Below are positions 10,435 to 20,677 of a stretch of 43,932 bases of DNA, in pieces. Made by a program: the position numbers and the translations under genes. The notes beneath the pieces are model-generated. The model saw nothing but the letters and a program-made list of their open reading frames with translations, made no database searches and was not told where the DNA came from. Position 1 is the stretch's first letter, and each line of letters starts with the position of its first letter. The stretch is from NCBI GenBank assembly GCA_030617565.1, contig JAUWVE010000001.1, positions 1 to 43,932 on the forward strand, given 5' to 3'. Origin of the DNA: Gammaproteobacteria bacterium. GTDB taxonomy: Bacteria > Pseudomonadota > Gammaproteobacteria > BMS3Bbin11.

Positions 10435-10600
10435 TACAGGGCACCTCTATTAATCCATGAATATTCATCTTCCATCCCAAATCGTCCCTTTCTGCGTTAA
10501 GAATCTTCGCAATAGCTGGCTATTGCGTACGATCCTTGCCTTGATATGAACGATTTGGAATGCAATCTGATCTATCCAGAATTAATAGAGGTGCCCTGTA
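10435..10600. mobile_element. MITE-like palindromic element, copy 1
   Basis: Perfect 20-bp terminal inverted repeats TACAGGGCACCTCTATTAAT (10435-10454) / ATTAATAGAGGTGCCCTGTA (10581-10600). The interior is itself an imperfect long palindrome centred on GCAATAGCTGGCTATTGC. A second copy, about 90 percent identical, is at 20392-20557. It has no coding capacity. Confidence 0.8.
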
Positions 10601-10672
10601 CTGTAAAAAAACTGTTGGCCATGTTAATTTCTGCTATTGCCGTATTTTTTCTTAACCTAAAAGACCAGCTGT

Positions 10673-13510
10673 ATGACTGACTACAAGACGACCATCAACC
10701 TGCCTAAAACCGGCTTTCCAATGAAAGCAAATCTGGCCAATCGTGAACCGGAATTTCTGAAAGGATGGGGGCAGAAACTCTATCAGCGTATTCGTGACGA
10801 ACGGGCTGATGCACCTAAATATATATTGCATGACGGTCCGCCATACGCCAATGGTGATATTCATATCGGTCATGCTGTCAATAAGATACTGAAAGATATC
10901 ATCATTAAATCCCGCACACTGGATGGTTATGATGCACCCTATATCCCTGGCTGGGATTGCCATGGCCTGCCTATCGAACTACAGGTAGAGAAAAAGTCCG
11001 GTAAGGCCGGGGTTAAAATCGATGCCAACAGCTTTCGCCGGAAATGCCGCGAATATGCACAGAAACAGGTAGATCGCCAGCGCGAGGATTTCAAGCGCCT
11101 GGGGGTGCTGGCTGACTGGGATAATCCTTATCTGACAATGGCACCGGAAAATGAAGCCGAAATTGTTCGCTCTCTGGGCCGTATAATTGAACAGGGCCAC
11201 CTTTTTCAGGGTGCGATGCCTGTGCACTGGTGTACTGATTGCAGGTCTGCACTGGCTGAAGCTGAAGTTGAATATCAGGATAAGGAATCACTGGCTGTCG
11301 ATGTTGCCTTTCATGCAGTCGATGGAGCATCAGTTTTAAAGGCCTTTTCTCATGACTCCAGCGATGAAACAGTTTCCTTCGTCATCTGGACCACAACCCC
11401 CTGGACTCTGCCTGCCAATCAGGCTGTTGCACTAAATCCGGATCTGGACTATGTACTGGTCCGGTTTAACGATAAGCATAAAGGACTCTATGTTTTCGCA
11501 ACGGACCTGCTTGATTCGGTTTTAAGCCGCTACGGGATTGAAGATTATGTGCAGCTTGCAAATGTAAGTGGTCAGGCACTGGAAGGGATTGAACTTGAGC
11601 ACCCGTTTTATGATCGTGTGGTACCAGTTATCCTGGGTGAGCATGTGACAACTGAAGCCGGTACCGGTGCGGTACATACAGCACCCGGTCACGGCCAGGA
11701 AGATTTTATCGCTGGCAGAAAATATAACCTGGAAGTTGATAATCCTGTTGCAGGGAATGGTGTCTTTGTCGAGGGCACGCCGTTGTTTGCCGGCGAACAT
11801 GTATTCAAGGCGAATGCACATGTCGTCGAAGTGCTGCAGGAGCAGAAAGCCCTGTTATTCTCCGAACCCATCACACACAGCTATCCACATTGCTGGCGTC
11901 ATAAAACACCGATCATTTTCCGTGCTACACCACAGTGGTTCATCAGCATGGATCAGGCAGGGTTGCGTGAGCGTACACTGGAAGAAATTGATAAAGTTCG
12001 CTGGCTGCCCGAATGGGGAAAGGCCCGTATAAAAGGCATGATCGAGAATCGGCCCAACTGGTGTATTTCCCGGCAACGACACTGGGGTGCACCGATTGCC
12101 CTGTTTGTTCATGTGCAAACGGGTGAATTGCACCCGCGTACTAACGAAATTTTGCAGCAGGTGGCTGATCGTATCGAGCAGGGCGGCGTAGAGGCCTGGT
12201 TTGAAATGGATACATCAGAATTGCTCGGTGATGATGCGGATGATTATCAGAAAATCACCGATATCCTGGATGTCTGGTTTGACTCAGGTGTTTCGCATGC
12301 CTTTGTACTGGATAAACGGGCCGGTCATTCATCACCCGCTGATCTCTATTTGGAAGGCTCTGACCAGCATCGGGGCTGGTTCCAGTCATCGATGTTGAGT
12401 TCCGTAGCTATGAAGGGTAGCGCACCCTATAAAACTGCATTGACACATGGCTTTGTGGTAGATGCGGACGGCAATAAGATGTCCAAATCTAAAGGCAACG
12501 TGGTGGCCCCGCAGAAAATCATCAACTCCATGGGGGCCGATATTATCCGCCTGTGGGTAGCGGCGACAGATTACCGCAATGAGATGACGATCTCGGATGA
12601 AATCATCAAACGTACCGCTGATGCCTACCGCCGCATACGCAATACCAACCGTTTTCTACTCGGCAATCTGGATGGTTTTGATCCAGCATCTGATGCGGTA
12701 GATATAGCAGACCTGGTAGAAATTGACGCATGGGCGATAGCCCGCTGTCAGGAAATCGATCAGCAGGTGATAAAGGCCTATGAAGATTTTTCCTTTCATC
12801 ATGTCTATCAGGCTGTGCTGCAGTTCTGTGTCAATGATATGGGTGGTTTCTATCTGGATATCCTTAAAGACCGCTTGTATACCACCCCTGCAGGAAGTCA
12901 GGCACGGCGTTCCGCACAGACGGCTATGCATCACATACTGGAGTCACTGGTACGCTGGATGGCACCTGTGTTGAGTTTTACTGCTGAGGAAATCTGGTCG
13001 TATATGCCGGGTAATAGAACGGATAGCATATTCCTTCAGCAGTGGCATAAATTGCCAGCAATTGAGAATAATACGTCCTTATTAAAACGCTGGCAGGTTG
13101 TCACAGCCCTTAGAGACGGGGTGTCACAGGCCCTGGAAGCTCTGCGCAAGGAAGGCGTCATCGGCTCACCGCTAAATGCGGAAGTAAGCATCTATACTGA
13201 AGGCCGGACACTGGAATTACTGCGGTCCTTTGCTGACGAATGTCGTTTCATCTTTATTACCTCCTATGTCCATGTTTATCGTATTGAAGATGACAATAGA
13301 TATGGTAAGGAACTGACAAATTGGGCGCAGTCCCTGGACGACTGGGATGATGACATTGTCGTCATAGATGTCAGTGCGACAGAAAAAGAAAAATGTATAC
13401 GTTGCTGGCATCACCGTGAAGATGTCGGTAGTCATCCGCAGCACCCCGAAATTTGTGGTCGCTGTGTTGAAAATATAGATGGTGAGGGTGAGGTCAGGCG
13501 TTTTGTCTGA
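10673..13510 (+). CDS. ileS: Isoleucine--tRNA ligase
   Basis: 945 aa. HIGH ([15 protein letters not shown]), KMSKS, and a C-terminal zinc knuckle (CIRCWHH...CGRC). Confidence 0.98.
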   Translation: MTDYKTTINLPKTGFPMKANLANREPEFLKGWGQKLYQRIRDERADAPKYILHDGPPYANGDIHIGHAVNKILKDIIIKSRTLDGYDAPYIPGWDCHGLPIELQVEKKSGKAGVKIDANSFRRKCREYAQKQVDRQREDFKRLGVLADWDNPYLTMAPENEAEIVRSLGRIIEQGHLFQGAMPVHWCTDCRSALAEAEVEYQDKESLAVDVAFHAVDGASVLKAFSHDSSDETVSFVIWTTTPWTLPANQAVALNPDLDYVLVRFNDKHKGLYVFATDLLDSVLSRYGIEDYVQLANVSGQALEGIELEHPFYDRVVPVILGEHVTTEAGTGAVHTAPGHGQEDFIAGRKYNLEVDNPVAGNGVFVEGTPLFAGEHVFKANAHVVEVLQEQKALLFSEPITHSYPHCWRHKTPIIFRATPQWFISMDQAGLRERTLEEIDKVRWLPEWGKARIKGMIENRPNWCISRQRHWGAPIALFVHVQTGELHPRTNEILQQVADRIEQGGVEAWFEMDTSELLGDDADDYQKITDILDVWFDSGVSHAFVLDKRAGHSSPADLYLEGSDQHRGWFQSSMLSSVAMKGSAPYKTALTHGFVVDADGNKMSKSKGNVVAPQKIINSMGADIIRLWVAATDYRNEMTISDEIIKRTADAYRRIRNTNRFLLGNLDGFDPASDAVDIADLVEIDAWAIARCQEIDQQVIKAYEDFSFHHVYQAVLQFCVNDMGGFYLDILKDRLYTTPAGSQARRSAQTAMHHILESLVRWMAPVLSFTAEEIWSYMPGNRTDSIFLQQWHKLPAIENNTSLLKRWQVVTALRDGVSQALEALRKEGVIGSPLNAEVSIYTEGRTLELLRSFADECRFIFITSYVHVYRIEDDNRYGKELTNWAQSLDDWDDDIVVIDVSATEKEKCIRCWHHREDVGSHPQHPEICGRCVENIDGEGEVRRFV

Positions 13511-14030
13511 AACTGATTCGACTGCGGCAAGCAGCTCAGTCTGCGACCGTGCAATTTGCTCTGGCGGCTGGCTGGTTCCGCTCATTGTTATAGTGGATCA
13601 ACTCAGCAAGTTTCTGGCTGAAGAGTTTCTTGTTTTCCATCAACCTGTGGCGATTATCCCATACCTGAATTTTACTCTGGCCTATAATACCGGTGCAGCA
13701 TTCAGTTTTCTGCACCAGGCAGGGGGCTGGCAGAATACTTTTTTCATTGTAGTTGCCGTGCTGTTGTCTGCCGTACTGCTGACAATTTTATACAGGACAC
13801 CGCGTAAGGACTTACAGTTAGCGGTTGCCCTGTGGCTGGTACTGGGTGGGGCAATTGGTAATATCATCGATCGTATACGTTTGCAGAAGGTGGTAGATTT
13901 CATCGATTTTTATATAGGCCAATGGCATTTTGCTACTTTTAACATTGCAGATATGGCGATTAGTATCGGTGCATTCCTGTTGATTCTGGATGCACTTAAT
14001 CTCCATATTATTAAATACAGGCAGAAGTAA
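13503..14030 (+). CDS. lspA: Lipoprotein signal peptidase (signal peptidase II)
   Basis: NYGAAFSF-type motif ([10 protein letters not shown]), [10 protein letters not shown] and [11 protein letters not shown] match LspA. The start is uncertain: the TTG at 13503 overlaps the ileS stop by 8 nt, and the ATG at 13479 and the GTGs at 13482/13488 are alternatives. Confidence 0.88.
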   Translation: MSETDSTAASSSVCDRAICSGGWLVPLIVIVDQLSKFLAEEFLVFHQPVAIIPYLNFTLAYNTGAAFSFLHQAGGWQNTFFIVVAVLLSAVLLTILYRTPRKDLQLAVALWLVLGGAIGNIIDRIRLQKVVDFIDFYIGQWHFATFNIADMAISIGAFLLILDALNLHIIKYRQK

Positions 14031-14473
14031 TGATGACTGACAGCGTTATTAAAGCCGACAGCAAGGTGACACTGAGATATGCCGTATCGTTGGCAGATGG
14101 CACTGTTATTGAAGAGACGGGTGATGAACCGGAAACTGTTCAGCTTGGTCAGGGTGAGTTCATAAATGAATTAGAACAGAAGCTTTATGGCCTGAAGGCC
14201 GATGATACCGATGACATTATCATCCCTGCGCTGGAGAATCTGTTTGGTGACTATGATGAATCGCGTATCCAGCACGTTGATCACGCTGTATTTGACGATG
14301 GTGCGCCGGCGCAGCAGGGAACCGTCATAGAATTTACCCTGCCAAATGGTTCTGCTGTACCCGGTATCATTCGCGAAGTGATGGATGAAAATGTTCTGGT
14401 TGATTTCAATCACCCGTTATGCGGCAGGGATGTGATGTTATCTGTTGATATAGTTTCAGTAGATAATTCATGA
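14030..14473 (+). CDS. fkpB: FKBP-type peptidyl-prolyl isomerase (FkpB/SlpA-like)
   Basis: 147 aa. TAATG overlap with lspA, the conserved position in the ileS-lspA-fkpB-ispH cluster, and an FKBP-like VDFNHPLCGRDV C-terminal motif. Confidence 0.8.
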   Translation: MMTDSVIKADSKVTLRYAVSLADGTVIEETGDEPETVQLGQGEFINELEQKLYGLKADDTDDIIIPALENLFGDYDESRIQHVDHAVFDDGAPAQQGTVIEFTLPNGSAVPGIIREVMDENVLVDFNHPLCGRDVMLSVDIVSVDNS

Positions 14474-14511
14474 TAGGGCCCAGAAGAGCAACCGATATTC
14501 GCAGGTAAAAA

Positions 14512-15432
14512 ATGGAAATATTACGAGCAAGCCCACGAGGTTTTTGTGCCGGTGTTGATCGGGCGATAGAAATTGTGGAACGTGCACTGGAACAGATTGG
14601 TGCACCCATATATGTACGACATGAAGTCGTACACAACCGTTTCGTAGTCAACAGGTTGAAGCAGGCTGGCGCTGTATTTGTCGATGAACTGGAAGATGTG
14701 CCGGACAATCAAACTGTAATATTCAGTGCGCACGGCGTGCCGCTTTCCGTCAGGGATGAAGCAGAACGTCGTAAGCTCAGGATATTTGATGCAACCTGTC
14801 CTTTAGTGACAAAAGTCCACAGGCAAGTCACGCGACATCATGCGAATGGTTACCAATGTATACTTATCGGTCATGCCGGCCATCCGGAAGTAGAGGGGAC
14901 CATCGGTCAAATTGATAAGGGTATCTATCTGGTAGAGAAGCCAGAAGACGTTGAGAAGCTGGAACTGGGTGAAATTAAAAACCTGGCCTATGTTACACAG
15001 ACCACCCTGTCAATTGACGATACTGCGAATGTAATTGCTGCACTAAAACGACGTTATCCCAATATCCAGGGACCACGAAAAGATGACATTTGCTATGCCA
15101 CGCAGAACAGACAGGATGCAGTTAAAAGACTGGCAGAAAAGTGTGACATGGTATTTGTTGTCGGGTCAACAAACAGCTCCAATTCGAATAGATTAAGAGA
15201 GCTGGCGGAGAAGAAAGGTGTGCGCTCCTATCTTATCGATAACGAAGACGAGATTGACCCCGAATGGCTACAGGGTGTAAACGTACTTGGTATAACTGCT
15301 GGAGCTTCGGCCCCTGAAGACCTGGTCGAAGGCGTTATTCTGCGTTGCCAGAAGTTGACATCAGCAACGGTCAGTGACCTTGCCGGGCCAGTAGAGAATG
15401 TCACTTTTGCCTTGCCAAAATCGTTGCGATAA
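14512..15432 (+). CDS. ispH: 4-hydroxy-3-methylbut-2-enyl diphosphate reductase
   Basis: 306 aa. [23 protein letters not shown] and SNSNRL motifs, including the three cluster cysteines. Confidence 0.97.
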   Translation: MEILRASPRGFCAGVDRAIEIVERALEQIGAPIYVRHEVVHNRFVVNRLKQAGAVFVDELEDVPDNQTVIFSAHGVPLSVRDEAERRKLRIFDATCPLVTKVHRQVTRHHANGYQCILIGHAGHPEVEGTIGQIDKGIYLVEKPEDVEKLELGEIKNLAYVTQTTLSIDDTANVIAALKRRYPNIQGPRKDDICYATQNRQDAVKRLAEKCDMVFVVGSTNSSNSNRLRELAEKKGVRSYLIDNEDEIDPEWLQGVNVLGITAGASAPEDLVEGVILRCQKLTSATVSDLAGPVENVTFALPKSLR

Positions 15433-15447
15433 GGGATAAAATATCTG

Positions 15448-16578
15448 ATGTCAGGCAAAACGAATACCCTGATAATCGGCGGTGGTATAATCGGTCTGTT
15501 AACAGCTCGTGAGCTCGCAATAGCAGGGCAGTCAGTAACCATACTGGAAAAAAATACGCATGCAGGACTGGAATCATCCTGGGCAGGCGGCGGCATTCTT
15601 TCTCCTCTTTATCCCTGGCGCTATCCTGATGCCGTTACCGACCTGGCAGTAATTGGCCATAAGGACTACCCAAGACTTGCAGCAGACCTGCTTAAATCTA
15701 CCGGCATCGACCCTGAATACGTTCGCTCAGGCCATTTGATTCTAGATTTGGATGAGTATGATCAGGCTAAGTCCTGGGCAAAAACATTCAGTAAGAAAAT
15801 TACCTTAGAGAGAAAATCAAAATTTCTTCAGCGCATTGGTCGAAGAGAACTTTCATTAATTGAACCAGAATTATCTGAGAATCATACTGCCGCATTGTGG
15901 ATGCCTGTAATTGGACAGATCCGAAATCCGCGACTGATCAAGGCCCTGGTTAAAGATCTTAAGCAGAGAGGCGTAAAGATTATCCCGGACGCAGAGGTTA
16001 AGGCGATTCATTCTGAAAACGGCAAAGTACTATACATAGAAAGCAGCAACACAAGGTGGTCTGCAGATAGCTATCTGGTGGCTGCTGGTGCCTGGTCAGC
16101 ATCATTATTGGCCGATACCGGTTTGTCACTTGCGGTTGAGCCGGTTCGGGGGCAAATGATTCTATTCAAAGCCGACCCCGACAAGTTACGTCGAATTATA
16201 CTAAACAACAGCAAGTACCTGATACCAAGAAGAGACGGACATATTCTCGCGGGCAGTACACTGGAGTATGTAGGCTTTAATAAACAATTAACAGATTCTG
16301 GTTACCAGGAGCTATGGTCAGCTGCTGTAGATATAGCACCTTTTTTAGAAAATACGCCAGTTGTCAGTCATTGGGCAGGTTTAAGGCCGGGGTCATCAAG
16401 CGGCGTTCCAACCATAGATAGACACCCTGACCTTGAGAATCTTGTAATATGTTCAGGACATTTTAGAAACGGGGTTATTCTCGGGCTGGGTTCCGCACGA
16501 ATTGCGGCAGAGTTGTTGACTGGCAGCGACTCATTAAAATCGAACTATCAAACCAGAAACCCCTATCGTGTGCAGTAA
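15448..16578 (+). CDS. thiO: FAD-dependent oxidoreductase of the DAO family, probable glycine oxidase
   Basis: 376 aa. N-terminal dinucleotide fold IIGGGIIGLLTARELAIAGQSVTILEK and C-terminal HWAGLRPGS...P.ID motif. P. aeruginosa, as I recall, carries a DAO-family gene in the same chromosomal neighbourhood as ispH. The functional assignment is by family only. Confidence 0.65.
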   Translation: MSGKTNTLIIGGGIIGLLTARELAIAGQSVTILEKNTHAGLESSWAGGGILSPLYPWRYPDAVTDLAVIGHKDYPRLAADLLKSTGIDPEYVRSGHLILDLDEYDQAKSWAKTFSKKITLERKSKFLQRIGRRELSLIEPELSENHTAALWMPVIGQIRNPRLIKALVKDLKQRGVKIIPDAEVKAIHSENGKVLYIESSNTRWSADSYLVAAGAWSASLLADTGLSLAVEPVRGQMILFKADPDKLRRIILNNSKYLIPRRDGHILAGSTLEYVGFNKQLTDSGYQELWSAAVDIAPFLENTPVVSHWAGLRPGSSSGVPTIDRHPDLENLVICSGHFRNGVILGLGSARIAAELLTGSDSLKSNYQTRNPYRVQ

Positions 16579-16673
16579 TTTTTGATATCTGAAATGATTG
16601 TTTCAATCCACTAAATCCAGTAAAGTCCCGCATCCTCAGAACATCTTGTTCTATGTTGATGTACTTCATAAAG

Positions 16674-16749
16674 GCCGGAGTAGCTCAGTCGGCAGAGCAA
16701 CTGATTCGTAATCAGTAGGCCGGTGGTTCGATTCCACTCTCCGGCACCA
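16674..16749 (+). tRNA. tRNA-Thr (anticodon CGT)
   Basis: 76 nt GCCGGAGTAGCTCAGTCGGCAGAGCAACTGATTCGTAATCAGTAGGCCGGTGGTTCGATTCCACTCTCCGGCACCA. Full cloverleaf with a 7-bp acceptor stem, TTCGATT T-loop, encoded CCA, and a following T-run. Confidence 0.95.
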
Positions 16750-16958
16750 TTTTTTTTCAGCTATAGTTTAATCCTGACAGCTGCGGTCCGTAGTTAAGAC
16801 TTTTAAAATGTAAGAATCCCAGGTTTTTTGTTCATACAGGCTTTGAATTTTTATTGAGTTACTATGCATCAACTGCTATCTTTCTAATAAGGCAAGGTTT
16901 TTTTACCATTGGTGGATGGTGAAAAAGCTTACCAGCAGGGTAGGATAATGGCACGAAA

Positions 16959-17447
16959 ATGACAATGATCCAGCGAATCTATATAAGAAAATCATTTAGT
17001 TTCATATATGGTACCGGATTCACGGTACTTGAATTAATGATGGTGCTGATAATAGTTGGTATCCTGGCTACGCTCGGATATTCGCGATACGACGAATTCA
17101 TAGAAAAAGCCAGAGTAGCGGAAACAAAGACGGATATCTTTGCACTGGATGTAAAAATAAATTATTTTTACAATAATCATCAGTCTTTTCCTGCATCCCT
17201 CGCGGATATTGGTGGTGCACCACTGGATCCATGGGGCAACCCGTATCAGTATCTGAACATCCAGACCACAAGAGGAAGAGGGGCGGTGCGTAAGGACCAC
17301 CGTCTAGTGCCTATCAATAGTGATTATGATTTATACAGCATGGGGAAGGACGGTAGAAGTGCGTCGCCACTGACCGCCAGGCATAGCCATGATGATATTA
17401 TCCGGGCTAACGATGGTGATTATATTGGCCTGGCCAAAGATTATTAA
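16959..17447 (+). CDS. Type II secretion GspG-like pseudopilin (prepilin-type N-terminal cleavage/methylation domain)
   Basis: Prepilin motif G|FTVLELMMVLIIVGILA with Glu at +5. The C-terminal part has the GspG signature DPWGNPYQY...YDLYSMGKDG. No other gsp or pil genes are in the window. Confidence 0.8.
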   Translation: MTMIQRIYIRKSFSFIYGTGFTVLELMMVLIIVGILATLGYSRYDEFIEKARVAETKTDIFALDVKINYFYNNHQSFPASLADIGGAPLDPWGNPYQYLNIQTTRGRGAVRKDHRLVPINSDYDLYSMGKDGRSASPLTARHSHDDIIRANDGDYIGLAKDY

Positions 17448-17469
17448 ATAATAAGATTAGCATGCAGCC

Positions 17470-20277
17470 ATGAAAAGATCGGGGAGTTTGTTCCGCAGTA
17501 AAGTTGCGCGGAGAGTTTTTACACTTTTCATGATATCTTCCCTGATCCCCGTGCTGATCCTGGCTGTTTTATCTATATACCATGTCAGGTCCATCTCCAC
17601 CGAGCAGATAGCAAGTCGCCTTAAGCAAGACGCCAAATACTATGGCCTGTCCTTATATGACCGGCTTCAGATCATTGATGAGGAACTTTTGTTCCATGCC
17701 TCAATGCTGGATACCAGGGGCACATTCCCGGTTGCCACTGCCAGGAATTCCGAACATCTATCTGATTGGTATTTACACCAAAACGGCGATATCCAAACAA
17801 AGGCAGGAGGGGATGTTTCAGCAGTACCGGTATTTGATGGCGGGGCAATGGCGCATCTGAAGAAAGGCCAATCGGTACTTTCTGTAATCAATCAGCAATC
17901 TGAAAATCCCACTCTATTTATGTCACGGATAGTCAATTTAGAAGAAAAAGACCCGCGTATTCTTACTGCAAAAATTCTCAATAGCTATTTTTGGGGAGGG
18001 CAGGAGAGATTTAGTGATGATATATCTGCCTGTGTACTAAATGCTTCTTACAATTATATCCATTGTTCGAGCAGTGATGATTATCCTGCAGGTAATTCAC
18101 TTCTCCTGCAGGACAGATTAACGGCAGACTCTGTTGAAGATTTTATAAATAGCAAAGATATGCTTATGGGGCGATGGGTGCTTTTCCTGCAGCCAAATTA
18201 CTATACAAAAAAATGGAACATTTTATTATTTCAAAATCGAGAGATTGCATTTACCCCACTAAAACAGTTTTCAGGTATATACGTGATTGTAATTATTTTG
18301 GTTATATTGATCGTTGCCCTGTTTACTATATATTTAATCAGAAGAAATACTGTTCCCCTGGAAGCACTGATGAAAGGGATACGTGAGATATCGCAAAATA
18401 AATTTAACGAAAAAGTAGCAGTTGATAGCCATGATGAATACAGAGAGGTGGCAGATGCGTTTAATAGCATGAGCGCGCGAATTGGCAATCAAATAAACAG
18501 GCTGAAAACCCAGGCACACGTTGACCAACTAATTCTCTCCAGGCCCAGTGTCGAAAATATCGTTGATATCTCCAACGACGGAATCAGACGATTGTTATCA
18601 TGCGACTGGCAGGGACTGGCGTTGCAGGAAGATGCTCATTCCGGTGTTTTTCATTTAACAGGCGTAAAAAATACCGATGGCGAGGAGAATGCCTCCAGAT
18701 ACCTTACATTTGATAGAGATTTGATTGAATTGGCCCTGCAGGGGGAGTCTATATTGTTGACCGCTTCCCGTGATCATGCTTGCCGTCAGTTTCGTCAACT
18801 AAATATACCTGATTACAACTATTTCCTTTTACTGCCTGTTGTCAACGTGGATACGCTATTTGGTCTATTTATTCTTGGCTATAAGGCTAAACCTCCACAG
18901 GATGATATTGAGCACGGCATGGAATTCAGTAACCGTATAGCCGTCGCTTTTGCTAATGCTGCATGGGAAGAAAAATTATATAACCAGGCAAGATACGATT
19001 TATTGACGGCCCTGCCAAACAGGGCTTCTCTGGAAGAAAGGCTGGAGCAGGAAATAAGCCATGTCTCGCGCGTCGGTGGATGTGTAGCCGTCCTTTTTCT
19101 TGATCTTGATCGGTTCAAGAATATCAATGATTCACTTGGGCATGAATTTGGTGACGCGGTCCTGAAAGAAATGTCCAGCCGTTTTCGCCATGGGCTCAGA
19201 GAGGAAGATACTGTTGCAAGACTTGGCGGAGATGAATTTGTCATTATGTTACGCAGTCTCAAAAACTCTGATATGGCTGTTACTACCGCTTCTACGGTAG
19301 CAGAAAAAATAATCCGCATCATCGCCATGCCGGTTCTTTTAGATGAGCATGAGATCAGGATGACTACCAGTATTGGAATATCGATTTATCCCACCGATGC
19401 GCACGATATTAATACCTTGCTACGAAATGCGGATTCCGCCATGTACCATGCCAAGGATATGGGTCGGGGTAATTTTCAGTTTTATTCTGAGGAGTTAAAC
19501 GCAGCCGCAAATTCTCGGCTGGAGATGGAAACCAAGCTGCATCGGGCGATCGAGCAGGATGAATTTGAGCTTTATTACCAACCAAAAATTGATGCCAGGA
19601 CGCAGACTGTTATCAGCTGTGAAGCGCTGATTCGCTGGAGGGATGAGAATGGTTCCGCGATAGCACCCGCACAATTTATATCGGTTGCTGAGGATATTGG
19701 CCTGACGACTGTGATCGGTGAATGGGCATTGAAGGTAGCATGTAAGCAAGCCAGAGAATGGATGCTGCCGATATCGGTCAATATCTCCGCAAAACATTTT
19801 CATCATGGCAACCTTATTGATCATGTGAGAGCTGCTCTTGATGAAGCAAGCCTGGATCCAAAATACCTGGAAATTGAAATTACTGAGACCACAACTATGC
19901 AGAATCTGGAAAAAACGGTTGCCGTTTTAACAGCATTAAAAGAGGTTGGTGTGAAAATCAGTATTGATGATTTTGGCACGGGTTACTCATCACTCAATTA
20001 CCTCAAGCATTTCCCGGTAGATACATTGAAAATTGATCGCATATTTATCAAAAATATCCTGCTGTTTGAGAAAGACCTGGCCATTGTAAAATCAACGGTG
20101 GGTTTGGCGCACAACCTGGGATTAAGTGTCGTTGCAGAAGGCGTGGAGCTTGAGGAACAAAGAAACACTCTGGAGGAACTTGGATGTGATGAATTACAGG
20201 GCTTCCTCTATAGCCAGGCACTGCCAGCTGGAGAATTCCTGCAGTTTCTCAGGCATGGTATCAGCACCGGAAAATGA
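17470..20277 (+). CDS. Membrane sensor diguanylate cyclase/phosphodiesterase (periplasmic domain-HAMP-GAF-like-GGDEF-EAL)
   Basis: 935 aa. Two TM segments flank a periplasmic region of about 230 aa, followed by a HAMP-like linker. The GGDEF motif is intact (RLGGDEFVIM) with an RxxD I-site (REED) 5 residues upstream. The EAL domain is intact (EALIRW, DDFGTGYSSL, VAEGVE, QGFLYS). Confidence 0.92.
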   Translation: MKRSGSLFRSKVARRVFTLFMISSLIPVLILAVLSIYHVRSISTEQIASRLKQDAKYYGLSLYDRLQIIDEELLFHASMLDTRGTFPVATARNSEHLSDWYLHQNGDIQTKAGGDVSAVPVFDGGAMAHLKKGQSVLSVINQQSENPTLFMSRIVNLEEKDPRILTAKILNSYFWGGQERFSDDISACVLNASYNYIHCSSSDDYPAGNSLLLQDRLTADSVEDFINSKDMLMGRWVLFLQPNYYTKKWNILLFQNREIAFTPLKQFSGIYVIVIILVILIVALFTIYLIRRNTVPLEALMKGIREISQNKFNEKVAVDSHDEYREVADAFNSMSARIGNQINRLKTQAHVDQLILSRPSVENIVDISNDGIRRLLSCDWQGLALQEDAHSGVFHLTGVKNTDGEENASRYLTFDRDLIELALQGESILLTASRDHACRQFRQLNIPDYNYFLLLPVVNVDTLFGLFILGYKAKPPQDDIEHGMEFSNRIAVAFANAAWEEKLYNQARYDLLTALPNRASLEERLEQEISHVSRVGGCVAVLFLDLDRFKNINDSLGHEFGDAVLKEMSSRFRHGLREEDTVARLGGDEFVIMLRSLKNSDMAVTTASTVAEKIIRIIAMPVLLDEHEIRMTTSIGISIYPTDAHDINTLLRNADSAMYHAKDMGRGNFQFYSEELNAAANSRLEMETKLHRAIEQDEFELYYQPKIDARTQTVISCEALIRWRDENGSAIAPAQFISVAEDIGLTTVIGEWALKVACKQAREWMLPISVNISAKHFHHGNLIDHVRAALDEASLDPKYLEIEITETTTMQNLEKTVAVLTALKEVGVKISIDDFGTGYSSLNYLKHFPVDTLKIDRIFIKNILLFEKDLAIVKSTVGLAHNLGLSVVAEGVELEEQRNTLEELGCDELQGFLYSQALPAGEFLQFLRHGISTGK

Positions 20278-20333
20278 AACTGTAGTGCTATTTTCAATCC
20301 TCAGCTTTATATAGAAGTTCAGGCTTTTAATAT

Positions 20334-20383
20334 ACTGATTCAAAATCGCCAGGTCGGTGGTTCAATTCCGCCTCTCGGTCCCA
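20334..20383 (+). pseudogene. Decayed 3' half of a tRNA (tRNA-Thr-like fragment, possible att remnant)
   Basis: ACTGATTCAAAATCGCCAGGTCGGTGGTTCAATTCCGCCTCTCGGTCCCA aligns colinearly with positions 27-76 of the tRNA-Thr at 16674 (about 36 of 50 identical by hand count). The T-arm GGTGG/TTCAATT/CCGCC still folds and it ends in CCA, but there is no 5' acceptor or D-arm upstream. Confidence 0.55.
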
Positions 20384-20391
20384 TTCAATAC

Positions 20392-20557
20392 ATATGGGTA
20401 TCTCTATCAATCCATGAATATTCATCTTGCATCCAAAATCGTCCATCTCAGTGTTAAGAATCTTCGCAATAGCTAGCTATTACGTGCGATCCTTGCCTTG
20501 ATATGAATAATTTTGCATGCAATCTGATCTATCCAGAATTAATAGAGGTGCCCATAT
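20392..20557. mobile_element. MITE-like palindromic element, copy 2
   Basis: Same element as 10435-10600. The right TIR ATTAATAGAGGTGCCCATAT is intact, and the left TIR ATATGGGTATCTCTATCAAT has 3 mismatches. The shared core end is GGGCACCTCTATTAAT. Confidence 0.8.
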
Positions 20558-20677
20558 CTTTTCCTTATATCCCAATGTGAGCCAAGTAGTTGGCGGGTAA
20601 TGTCAATTAATATTTCTTGTGATGGTTGATAATCTGAATTCAGAAGCAATAATCAAAAAAAATCTGGAGACAGCTGA

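Noticed and set aside
16750-16958. Looked for an integrase gene or its remnant next to tRNA-Thr
   Set aside because: There is no ORF of any length with integrase-like motifs in any frame that I could read. The islet hypothesis rests only on the tRNA 3'-half repeat.
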